Origin: Stylophora pistillata
Taxonomy: Eukaryota
Direction of reading: 5' to 3'
Assembly (NCBI RefSeq): GCF_002571385.2
Contig: NW_019217939.1
Location: 154,326 to 218,325, forward strand
Length of the DNA stretch: 64,000 nt
In this document: positions 1-12,000 of the stretch, one piece after another
Numbering within the stretch: position 1 is the stretch's first letter
Layout: each line of letters opens with the position of its first letter
Translations under genes and position numbers: made by a program
Notes under the pieces: model-generated
The model's database searches: none
Told to the model about the DNA's origin: nothing
The model's input: the letters and a program-made list of their open reading frames with translations, nothing else

Positions 1-2600
1 TCTACCAGCATTTAAATTTGATCCGCACACGTCAACGGTGAGTGACAAATGAGCCTAGGTCTTCCCAACGACGACTTCCTTATATAGCACGCCTTCGTGT
101 TTAAAGTATTTCATCCTCAGATTCACTGTTTTCCCCTCTGTCATTTTGATCTCCTTATGCACCACTTTTAAAAAAGGTACGATGGTATTCTTCATAACAT
201 TTCATTTTGGTTTACATAAAATGTTTTGGTATAGTATCTTAGATCATTTTTTGAGTGCAAAAAAACTAATTTAAAGAATTATGGGGGGGGGGGGGATAGA
301 AACTGTGTCCCTAATAAGGGGAGGACTTAAATTTTTTGAGAAGTTTATTTCTAATTTCCACCAGCCCCCCCCCCTCCCCCATTAATAATGTTAGCTCCCC
401 CATTAATAATGTTAGGTCCCTAAAAAATTATAACATCACAAATTCTTTAACCCTTTCATTCCCAGTATTTCAGTTTGTAATTTTTTTTTAAGTAATTTAA
501 TCTCTTTATTTGTTTTGTCATTGCATTACATAGCTTTAATTATATGCCTGCTAAAATAAGCTATTATAATAATATTATGGCTGGAGATCTTAGTAAGCTC
601 TACTGAGCTTTTATAAGAAGATCCCCATCTAATAAAAACTGTAACTTATAGCAAACGGTTAATTCTCTTTATTATCCAACTGCGCTTTGAAGAGTACAAA
701 TAACACCCAAAACAAGTACAAATATCTTTTGGTATTTGAACTCTACAGAATCAGTTAGACAGGTTTTCTCACATCACACAAGCTATGAATAGGACTGAAG
801 TTATGAAAAAAATGGCAGACAATTTAAATTATTTTTCTGAGGACGAAGAGTTGGAATGGCCAGCAACTGTTGATTCAAGTTTATAAGATAAATCAAACAA
901 AGAAAAACAGTTAGACGTTAATGAAATTTTGTACCAAAAACTTGTGAAAAAATACTCAGCGATACAACACAACACACCGTTTAATAAGATGTATGTATTA
1001 TCTGGCCAAAAAATTCTGATGTTCTGATGTTAGTAAGGAGATTTTGGTATTTCTTGGTCACTCATGGAGGCTAAAGTGTTGACCCCCAAGAGTGACTAAA
1101 GACACAGTTTCTCCTTAAATTATCATCATTATTATACCAAGCAGAAAAGTGATGAGAATAGAGTAAATAATTAATTACACTGTAGAGGATAGTTAGTTGA
1201 TTCCATACCAAATTCTCCCAAAAAAATATCATAAGAATTGTACGGCAGACAGTGAGGAGAATTTCTAACAATTGTTATGAATGATCGAGATCTTAGGAGT
1301 GAAAGAGTTAAATTATTCATAAAAATGGATCTGAAAGCTATGTGGCAAACCACAAATTGAGTGTAAAATGCTAAAGCATTGTTAGTACCTTCTTTGAATT
1401 CTTCTATCATTTGGATCCATTATGAACTGATCATCTAAGCTTAAATAGACTAACACTTACAAAGTACACCTCCCTGAAAAAGAAGAAAGTGGGAATTAGT
1501 CTTTGATTTCATCAGAAATAACTGGATTTATCACATGACCTGTTTGGCCCACATTTAGCTTGAGATTTTCAACATTTACTGGTCATATGATAAAATTCGT
1601 ATTGACTGAGTTTGAGTGGGCTGGATGGGAAAATAATTTATTTGCTGCGCTTGGTCCGCATGTCATGACTTCAAGCCAAATATTTTCTTGTCTAGCCCTC
1701 CCAATCAGTCAATAAGTACATAATCTGGTAAATTTCATTAACCCTAAGTACTGCAAAATCACTTCTTCTGTTCCCTTTTAATGTATAGAATGATCATACA
1801 AGCATTTCAGATCTCTTTTCAGAGTTCCATGAGCTTTGGTAAAGGCTAAAAGTTTGTTCAATGGACAAAACAACGATTGCGAAATCCACTTTTTCTAACT
1901 TAAAGACTCAACACACAACAATCCAGAGAAAAATAATCACTCATTTTGTCATAAAAATAAAAATAAAAACAAAAACAAGAAAAACATGACGGTTCCTCGA
2001 AGTCAAATATCTTTGACCGTTAAATCCCAGTCGCACACGTAGTGCGCTTGGGCCGCCCAATTGGTAGGAAAAGCTATGGCAGAATACTAATACCGTAACA
2101 CATATGGTCCCTCATTATGATTGACCACGTGCATGATTCATTTCTTACATATGTTACATACAAGAAATCACAGTTCTGATTTAAATGTCTGAGACGACAA
2201 TGGCAACTATATGAACACCCTTCGAGGCATTCAAAATTGTAGTAGGCAATTATGAGACAGAAAGATTATGCGAGCATTGTTTTCGTTCATGCATCGACTG
2301 ATCAACCCAGCGATTTCAATAGCTTCCGTTGATCGCGAATGCTCATTCGATCGCTTCATTGAGAGAAACCGAAATGCTAAAAATAAATGTTCTTCCAACG
2401 TTCGAATTCGCGCCTTAAATTATCAGCCAAAACTCGAAGGTGTTATCACGCGTAAAAAGTATATTAATATCACCAAAATATAGGAACAAGGAGATATTAA
2501 TAATGCACAACGATTTATCACTCACCAAAATCTCTATTATAGATTCTCAAATCTGGTCGGCTTAGCCAAAGAGAAAGAAGAAAATGTTGCAGACGACAGA

Positions 2601-2778
2601 CTTCACTTTCGATTTCGAACTGTCGCATTAGTACATGTGATTGGTTGTTAGCCAAAGTCCTAATTTGGAAAAGCCTCGGAAGAGGTGCCAATGGCAACGA
2701 GTGTAATATCGCCAACCGACTTTAGGGGAATCCCCAAGAGCAAACTATCCTGTCGCCATGTTGAATGTTTTCAGAGAA
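2601..2778 (+). promoter_or_regulatory. Proximal promoter with ISRE/IRF-like, CCAAT, NF-kB and GAS-like motifs
   Basis: ACTTTCGATTTC 2605-2616 (reverse complement GAAATCGAAAGT); ATTGG/CCAAT near 2640 and 2688; GGGGAATCCCC 2725-2735; TTCAGAGAA 2770-2778. Confidence 0.55.
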
Positions 2779-2815
2779 TGTTCATGAAATATCGCACCTG
2801 ACCTTCAAGTGTACG

Positions 2816-3029
2816 ATGGCAGATGTCCAAGAGGATTTTGCAAACTTGTCCCTGAATGAAAAATCAGGAAATAGACTGGAATTGCTGACCGAAATTCAGA
2901 AACAAATTTGTGTTGCAATTCGCTCTCTTGAGGCCGGAAGTGACTGGGTAACAAACGAGCAAGTTCGGCACATCTTACTTCAAGTAAACAAGAATATAGA
3001 TTTGATAAAAGCCTCGTGCAACGATGAAG
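2816..3029 (+). CDS. Kinase-Nudix gene exon 1 (helical N-terminus, MADVQEDFANLSL...)
   Basis: ATG at 2816; G|GTATGC donor at 3030, phase 1, matches exon 2; paralogous exon of the same length at 15241-15454. Confidence 0.75.
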
Positions 3030-6000
3030 GTATGCCTGTCTATAATTTTCATTTGCTTTTCTCTTAGTTTAAGTCCTTTTTACAGTTGAAAACTGAAACT
3101 ATCGTTTCGCACTTCGTATGTTTTACGTGAGGTCTGATTTGAGTGGGTCGCTTCCTTTAAAAGAGGTGGCGAATAGTAAATGCGAGACTTTGCGAGACGA
3201 CGAGACTAGCGTTTTTCTTTGCGAGCCCGAGACATTTTGACTTTTAGATTGCGAGATCGAGACTTCAAAGGGTTTTGAGTGCGAGCGCGAGACGTTCAGA
3301 CTCTTAAATTGCGAGCCCCAGATTTGGTTGAGAGCCATGAGAATGAGCTTGAATGAGCTTGTACAAAAGTCTCACAAAGGATCCTTTTGAGACTTTTGTA
3401 CAAGCTCATTCTAGCTCATTCTCATTTCTCTCAACCAAATCTGGGGCTCGCGATTTAAGAGTCTGAACGTCTCGCGCTTGCACTCAAAACCCTTTGGAGT
3501 CTCGGTCTCGAAATGTAAAAAATAAAAGCTTTTTGTAGATGCAGATAGAAAATTTCTTTAAATTATACATACTATTTGTTCAAATATAAGCATTCTTCTC
3601 TATACTGTTGTGTTTGTTACACTTACAATTAACCTATTGACCCCAAAGAGTGACAAGCATCTAATTTCTCCATACATATGCATTATTACTCCTGAATCAA
3701 ACAGGTAAGGGTCACAAGAATAAAGGATTGAAAAGTTTATCAACTAAAGAATTTCTTGATTGTCAAGCAAATTTCTTCTTGTCAAGACCTTGAAATTGAA
3801 AGATGATATATTCAGTGAGTGACACACATATAGTTATGACCTTCCCATTTCTACTTGTACTTCAGATGCCCTACCTCTGAGCTGTTGGAGACTCTTAGCA
3901 GGCTAGACTGTTTAACTTAAGGTCCGTTGTGATAAACTTCCCACATGGTACTAGGATAGGTTAATGCTGCATGTGAATAGGCCATCTCCAAATTACCTTC
4001 AGCATCTTTTCCATAACAAGGCCTGATGCTCAACCATTCTTGTGAAAATGAGTTTAATTAACATGTGAAAGATAAATTGTAATCATTGATATGAAAGGAG
4101 GAGCACCAGAACTTGCTTTGTAAAATAGGGGCTAAAGGTAATTTGGAAATGGGCAATTACACTTGAGTGCAAAGATAGATGGAAATAAAGATGATAAATG
4201 TAAAGCCTTGTGATTTAAGTGAAAGGTGAATTCACTGATTGACACAGAGAGGATGGAAATGTTTGGAGAACGGTTTGGAGAATGTGCATTCTGATGTTTG
4301 GGTGTAAAGGGATCGCTAACAATAATTATTGCATGACTCGGGCAGTCAGAGGGCCAATAACTAAAATCAACCAATCAAAATGCTCTATTGCCGGTCCAAT
4401 ATTCTCTAAGTATTGGACCGGGCACTGTCCCGAATGGTCCCAAATGATACCGCACTTGTGTCCCTTTGAACTTCAGTCGTATAATGAATCTCTTATTAAC
4501 CAAGCTTGCTCAGGACCATACTGGAAGAATATCAGCCCTCAGTCTTTTTTGTACGGACCTCGCTGCGCTCAGTCCGTACTGTCAAGACGTCAGGCCAATA
4601 TTCTCCCAGTACGGCCCTCGCACTTGGTTAATAAGATATATTTATGGCTGCTAATCTATATTTGATGTATATTAATAAAACTGGTGGGTACTTTTGAAAA
4701 AATTTCCTTGCAGAGTCATCTGGTTTGAGGACTGTTGGTAAAGTAAGCCAGGGTGAATTACAAGCATGGGAGAGGCTGGGGGAAGGTGGATTCTCAAGTG
4801 TGTATAAAGCTAAGCTTAAAGGGAATGATGTTGCCGTCAAAGTGTTAAAAAATCTTAAAGAAACAAGACCTCTGCTTACAGAAGGAAATCTGTTGAGGTG
4901 GCTTTTAAACTTGACTGTGTTTGCCCTTCTTGAATAAATATATCTTATTAGACATTTTTTTGTGTAGTATTGCTGAGTATTTTTATGAGTTGTGCCGTAT
5001 TGACGAACCCGTAGGGTGAGTCAAAATACAAATAACAAGTAAAAATACTCAGCAATACTACACAACAAAAAGTCTAATAAGTTATTTATTATCCAACACA
5101 CCAAACTGTTATTTCAGTGCAGGCGAATTTTGTGGATATTTATTTACGGGGAGTGTGTGACAGAAGTATGCGAAGCAGAATGGAATTGGCGCGTTGTCAT
5201 GTTACTGTTTCTTTTTTCTTCAATAAATGAAGAAATTTCCAAGTCATCTAGCTGTTTTTCTTTGTTCAATTCATCTAATAAACGGATGTATATTTGCCAG
5301 CCATTCTGACTCTTCGTCGTCAGAAATATGATTCAAATCGTCCGCCATTTTTTTTTCTTAACTACAATTCAATTCTTTGCTTGTGCGATGCGAGAAAACC
5401 TGTTTAACGCGGTACAAATACCGCGTGATATTTGTACTCGTCTATGGCATTATTTGTACTCTACGAAGTGTAGTTGGATAATAAATGTCAATATTATTAA
5501 CTTAATAAAAGACTGGTAACCTTTCCAGGAAACTTTTGGTGAAGTTGAGTGGTTTGACTAATGCCAATTCTATTTCAGTCTTCCTTATGCTTTTAGTCTA
5601 TACTCGAGCTAAGAGTGGCTCACCCTGAGCTGGAGCTAATGTCCTGGCCCTGGCTGTTCGAAGGATGGATAACGCTATACACTGGATAAATCTCTATCCG
5701 GTGGATAGCACAGTACATTTTGGTAACACTTATCCGCTGGATAGCGATTTATCCATTGGATAGGTTTATCCGCCCTTTGAACAACCGGAGCCTGGTTCTT
5801 AAAACATGAAGTGACTAGGGCTGGATTGTTCAAAGCTGGGTTAAGATAACCTAGGGTTAGCATGAAATTTGACTTTAGATCTCAAAGCTTTAAAAGAAAG
5901 TTCAATTTGACTATTTTTGTCTGCAATTTGATGATTGGATGCTCTCGAAAGAATAGGGAAAATTATCCCCAAAAGGTTCTTGAACAGAGAAATAAGGAAA

Positions 6001-9000
6001 CCTGGATTACAATTTAACCCTGGGTTAGTGCTAATCGGCCTTCAAACGACTGGACCTAGTAGTATAGGCACTCCCCTGGATGGGATACGAGTCCATTGCA
6101 AGCCTTTATCAGGCTTCCTTGAGAATTTGCTGCTACCCATTTAACAGTAATCCTGGTTGGAGGGATTAGCACTGTGATAGTTAAGTGTTTTGCTCATTCC
6201 AAGAACAAAACACACTGACCTCTCGACTTGACTTCAATGTATAATTCCATTAGGCCTTCCCTTAACTATTCTTTTACTTATTATAATTTATTATATTGAT
6301 TATTGCAAACTGGATCATCAGATAAAGCAATTCAAGAGTTTTCATTTGCTTAGTCATCATGGTCATGAGTTATAATGTACCTGCATGTGTGTGCATGAAG
6401 ACGAGCTAAACGAAAGTGAAATGACCAAATTCCTCTTTGATGGTTTTCTCAATTGTTTCTTTAACCTCATTACTCGAATGAATCCCCAAAACCAAGGAAA
6501 TATACGAAGGACAAATGTAACTACCAAGCAGTTGACCAAAACAATTTCATTACACAGAACATTCCTGAGTGACAGCAGTCATGTGACCATAAAAGGCGGG
6601 AAAACAAAAAACAGGGAACCCAGCTAACAGAAAGTGGTTTTGTTGTATAACATTCTATTTATTCTTACAAAATAATGCACACTTGTGGAATTATTGTTAA
6701 ATATCGGGCCCCAGTTGCTCAAAGGATGGATAACACTATACACTGGATAAATAATCCTATCTGCTGGATAGCGCAGTACATTTTGGTAACACTTATCCAC
6801 TGGATAGCAATTTATCTGTTGGTTAGTGTTATCCGCCCTTTGAACAACTGGAGCCAGATTATTAAAGTTATAATTCTCAGTTACGTTTACTCAAAGTTAA
6901 AGACATTTTTGGAAAAATTAATTCCGTTGCTTAGTTAAAATTATTTTTATGATACACAGAGATCTTCGGCATGATAACATTATTGCATTTAGAGGAATGA
7001 ACATTTTGGAGAGAGATGTCTCATTTGAGAAATTCACCCTCAAAGCAGGATGCCCATTTCTGGTCATGGAATACATTCCTAAGAACTTGTATAGATTTGT
7101 AGAGGATCACAAAACTCCAGAGTCTCAGGGACTTCCTAAAAGTCAAGTGTGGACCATTGGTAGAGGAATGGCCAATGGTTTGATGTACCTACACAGTTTA
7201 GATCCTCCAATAAGCCACAGAGATTTAAAGCCTGACAATATACTGGTGAGATTCCAGCAGAAATCATCTGTTTTAGTAAGAACTTCTATCAGAAAAAAAT
7301 CATGCTTGTATTTTGAAGACAACAGCTTTATATTATATGTATTAAAAGAAAAGGAAATGATAAATTAAAGATATATTAAAATAAATGAAAATGAAAAAAA
7401 ATATGAGCAAATGAGTTAAATTTGACTGACTTATAATTAGTTGGATGTGTGATGTACAGCAATTAAAGAACCAAGGGTTTATAAAGTTACTGGATTTTTA
7501 TTAATGTTTCAAGAACTTTTTGCAAAAGATGAAAAAAAAAAAAGTCATTTCAAAAAAGATTGATAAACCTTGATGCAAGACCATCCTGTTTTTATGCAAT
7601 TAGATTAAGCAGCAAATTCATTCAATTCGTCATTCACTACTTCTTGAGGACACTCAATAAATACCATCATTAGTATTCCTTTATATCTATTAAATTATGT
7701 TATCCAGTTGGAAATCAGAAGCTTACGAGTGAAACTAGCAGACTTTGGTTTATCAAGAACAGTTGAGAGGAGTGGTAATGATCTGTCCTTGTTCCATGCA
7801 CGGTGGACAGCACCTGAAGTGTGGGATGATTACATCATAGATGATGAGTATAATATAGAAGGTAAAACTTAAAGGCATGAAAATTGTTTTGGAATTAACA
7901 ATTAATTAGATTTCACATAGTTGTCAGTTAGTCCAGTTATCGATTCTAATTACAGATGAGGTTATTACCACATTTTTCTATTTTTGGAATTTCTTGAGAT
8001 CTCTTAAAATCTGATACTCTCAAGAAGTTTGAAATAATTTTTCATCGAAAATTCTTTAAAAAGTTCTTCAACTACCAGGCATATAGGCAGGGGGCAGTTT
8101 CATTACAATGTTAATAAATTTAAACTAGTTGTAAATGCTGTAAAGATAAATAATTTATTGATTGGAAACTGAAGGAATCAATAAATCAAGTAATTAATAA
8201 ATTTATAAATGAGAGGGTCTTTGAAGTATATTATTCATATAAGATGTCATCATGTAGGTAAGTGAATTATTGGAAAAAGTAAGGAATTGGCTTCTTCAAC
8301 CCGATTGAGTGTGTTAGCATTTGAAATGAACTATTCTTTTCTTCATCCAGAACTGACCGACACAACGGAAGACAAAACTGTTGAAGAAGAGTGCATAAGC
8401 TTGGATGATGAGCTTTTCTATCTGCGCGCTGATGTCTACTCGTATGCTCAAGTGGTAGCCTACACCTTGACAGGCAACATGCCGTGGCAGGGTCGGAACT
8501 CTGTCAGTGTACAGGGGATTCAAAACAACTTGATAAAGAAGGAGGACAGAGTGGAGTTGCCTGAAGAACTTGGCGGTGTACTGAGGAAAGTTGTTGAGGA
8601 CTGTCGTTTGGAAAATCCTGCGAAGAGACCCACTGCTGACCAATTGGTTTTGGAGTATTTTAGTGGTAAAGTTTAAAAAAAAAGTTCTATTTGCTCTCAC
8701 TGGCAGTTGTTGCTTGCAAAACTTCTTCACTGTCTTTACGTATTCGTCATATACTGGATTAGATCAATTTTGTTGCCTGGCTCAAAATTTTTGTGTGTGT
8801 GTGTGTGTTTTTTTGTTTAGTTCTATTTCTTTTGTTGTTCTGTTTGTTATTTTGTTTGTTTTGTTTTGTTCTGTTTTCAGTTTTTACCTATCTCACGCAT
8901 ACATCCCTTTCATCATCTAAACAATAATTTTTTAACCTTTAACACGTACTTAACCGAGAGCTGTTAAAAGAGAGCTGAAAAAGTGTAATTTCAAGATACT

Positions 9001-12000
9001 AATTTATGCCATTTATAACGGCCTTTTTTTGTTTAGGTGATGTCAACCCGTACCAAACTGAAGCCAGAAGTGCTGAGTTCTTCTCCTGCGGGTTCCTACA
9101 GAACACTTATATCTTTGTTGCTGAGAGCTTAGTGGACGAGGTAATGGAGTAGGAGTAATTGATGTTTTTTTGTGTCGGTGCCTAATTAGGCACCTACCAT
9201 TTTTATCAGTGGTACATGATATCCTCATATCTTTGTATTTAGTAGAAGAGCAAATGATGGGTTGGTACTTTCAAAGTCTGGCCTTGGTGTATCAAATTAA
9301 CTGTTGTGAACTCGATTTGGACAAAGTTCATTTTCAAGTTGGCCAATTTGTGTTTTTTTTTTGGTTTTTTTTTTTCCAACACTGAGCATTTCTTCGCCCA
9401 TGAGGGAGTTTGAAGCGAGCCGGCGAGAGGTCTGCGAGGGGTCTGGAACTATTTTTTATTGGTTTCCAACTGCAGACCCGCTTTGATTCATATCTCAAAG
9501 TTTCTCGCGGGCAAAGAGACGCTCTTTCCACGGCGCCAATAATGAAGGCCTGCTCGTAAGCTACCTTACTGTTATCTGCCCCATCTTATCCTATTTGTGT
9601 CTTGATTGATTTGTCCTCTTGAACCAACAGTCCAGTGAAGGGTATTTTAAGACATCAGTTCGTCCGCACGGATTCCCCCCGGAGTGTCTGTTGTGCGCGG
9701 TAGAGGTCGGCAACGAGGAGTACAACGACGTGCCAAAAGAGTGGGTTTACGAACAGAAGTACAGAGAGCATTAGGGGCACTTCAGGCAGGTATATACGAA
9801 GACCAGAGTTTGGCATATGATTTTTTTTTGTATAATAAAATATAGGGAAGCGAAAAGACTCAGCTTCAAACACAGGAAATTTGAAGGACGAGTTCATCAA
9901 AGTAAACTAAAGGAAACAGTCACATGTAAGATTTAAAGGAGTGACCACCCCATTATTTCTCCTTACCTCATCACTTTTGAAATAAACATCAAGGTCATGA
10001 GTGTTAAGGAGAGTGACTTAAAATAAGTATTTAGAAATTTCGAGAATGCTTTGAGCCTCCAGTGAAACTATCTGGAACCTTTTTTGGATTTTGTTGTTGT
10101 GATGTGGTGACATCAGGGTGGTTATGTTGTGGGCTTCTGGAATGTTCCGGAATGCTTTGAGGATTTATGTGGAGACTCGGTCGGCTACTGTTATCGAGAG
10201 TAAGCTCTACCAAGAGAGAAAACTGTTGTAGAAGACTGTTAATTAATTTCAAAGTACTTTAAAGAAAACTGTGGGTTTGTGCAGTGGTGAGCTAAGATGT
10301 AGTTTATAGAGGGCTCATTAGTAAGTTATTGAAAATAACTACAGCTGTAATGTCTATACGAGTCGCTCCTAAGTAAGAATCATGATTGCACGTAAGTAGT
10401 TGAGCTTATAGGATTATAGTGTTTTTCTGGCGATTGAATTATACCGTAACATGAGACTTAAGAAGCTCCGCATTGTTTGAAAAAAATTCTTCTTTTCATT
10501 ATCCTCTTTAAGGACGCGAAATTCCAAGGCCGACTCGTGATACATCCTAGTGTTCTTACGGCTGATAAGATGTTAAATTGAACTTTTAATAGAGATTTCT
10601 AAACAATGCTTCAATAAACGCAGGAATTTCTCGTACCCACTACATCCTATAGAGAAGCTAGGTGACATTACAAAACAAGTTGGTATTTTAATGTTTAAAA
10701 ACATTTCATGTTGTGTGGTAGCATGCGATCTGTCGTTTCAAGAATTTTGGTTTTTGCATTCGGGTAAAAAAGCGCACATGTTTGATGGTTGAGGGGGATT
10801 CGGACCCAGTCCCTGGATCCGCCACCGCTCTTTACTAATTTTCTTTCACGTGTAGGCTGCTATCGACAAAAAGATTGAAGACAATCCTGCCATTGCCCTC
10901 AAAACATTGATCACCTCCCGGGAGGAGGAAGAAGAGAGCCAAGAAATACAACTGATGTTCGGACAGTCAACCTACTGTCATCATAGAGCCGTTCGGGAGA
11001 TCTGGAGGAACCTAGAAGACTCTAAAAAAAGAGAGTTTGTTGTGTGTAAGACTACGGTTCATCCGGTGTTCAGCACATCTTTTGGCCTCCATGTTGCTGT
11101 GCTAACTGCGGACAAACCTCAGAAATTCATCTTTGCTAGAAGGGCCAATAGAGGTACCTAGTTAGTTCACACACTCTTTTTGGCCTTTGTAAAGATTTTT
11201 GTAACTATTCACGAGTTTAGAATTTGAGTTAAAGGATCGTGAAATCTCAGCTAAATTTAAGGATGCTGCACATTTCAGTGACATCTAACCCTGATACTTC
11301 CCCATTAAAATCCCTATAATATTTTTTTTATGCCACTATATGGCTGGGTCAGAAGGAGGTAGTTTAGCAACGGCCAATAACACCGCTGATCTTTGCCGAA
11401 ACCCTTCGTAACTATGATTATGCGTCGATCAATTCGAAGCTTAGACATCCCCCTTGGGGGGCAACAATTGTGTTCAAATCCTCCACTCCGTTTTTTTGTT
11501 AAGGAAAAATCAGCGACGGCGACTTTCTACACTCGGACCAGGCCTTAAAGCCCTAGACCTTGCAGACCTTTTCTTCTTAGCCAGTTGCTCGCGAAAGTGA
11601 ACGAAGTGACGAGTGAGTTTTTTTAATGCATTGCAACGAGTGAATAAAAATCGTCCGTGCGCACTTTCTATGGTATGTTTTTATTTCATACATACTGAGA
11701 TTTTTTCTTACAGACCGGCACATTTGAAAGATTGGAAGCAAACGACTGTGAAAATACATCTTTTGTCCAATCAGAGACACGAACGGTAGTACTTCACAGC
11801 ATGAATCTCAATATGTATGAAACCAAAATTTGGTATTATCAACTGTGTTGATGATGTGAAGTGAATTAGGCACCGTAAAGAGATTCTAAAGCTTACGTTT
11901 CGAGCGCCAATTCGCTCTGGCCAGTTTACATAACATGTCTCACATTGCCATTTTTTTGCCTAAGCCCCGTTCTTCTATTCTTCGTACAAATGCAGATAAA

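Noticed and set aside
2816-3029. MLKL-like four-helix bundle at the kinase N-terminus
   Set aside because: Only about 70 aa, shorter than an MLKL 4HB plus brace, and no motif support by eye; would need structure prediction.
4282-4665. Recurrent ORF (…YWTGHCPEWS…) also at 16157 and 38311
   Set aside because: Recurs because it lies in a non-coding interspersed repeat; ORF ends differ between copies.
9772-9774. Selenocysteine or pyrrolysine recoding
   Set aside because: The codon is TAG, not TGA, and pyrrolysine is not used in animals.
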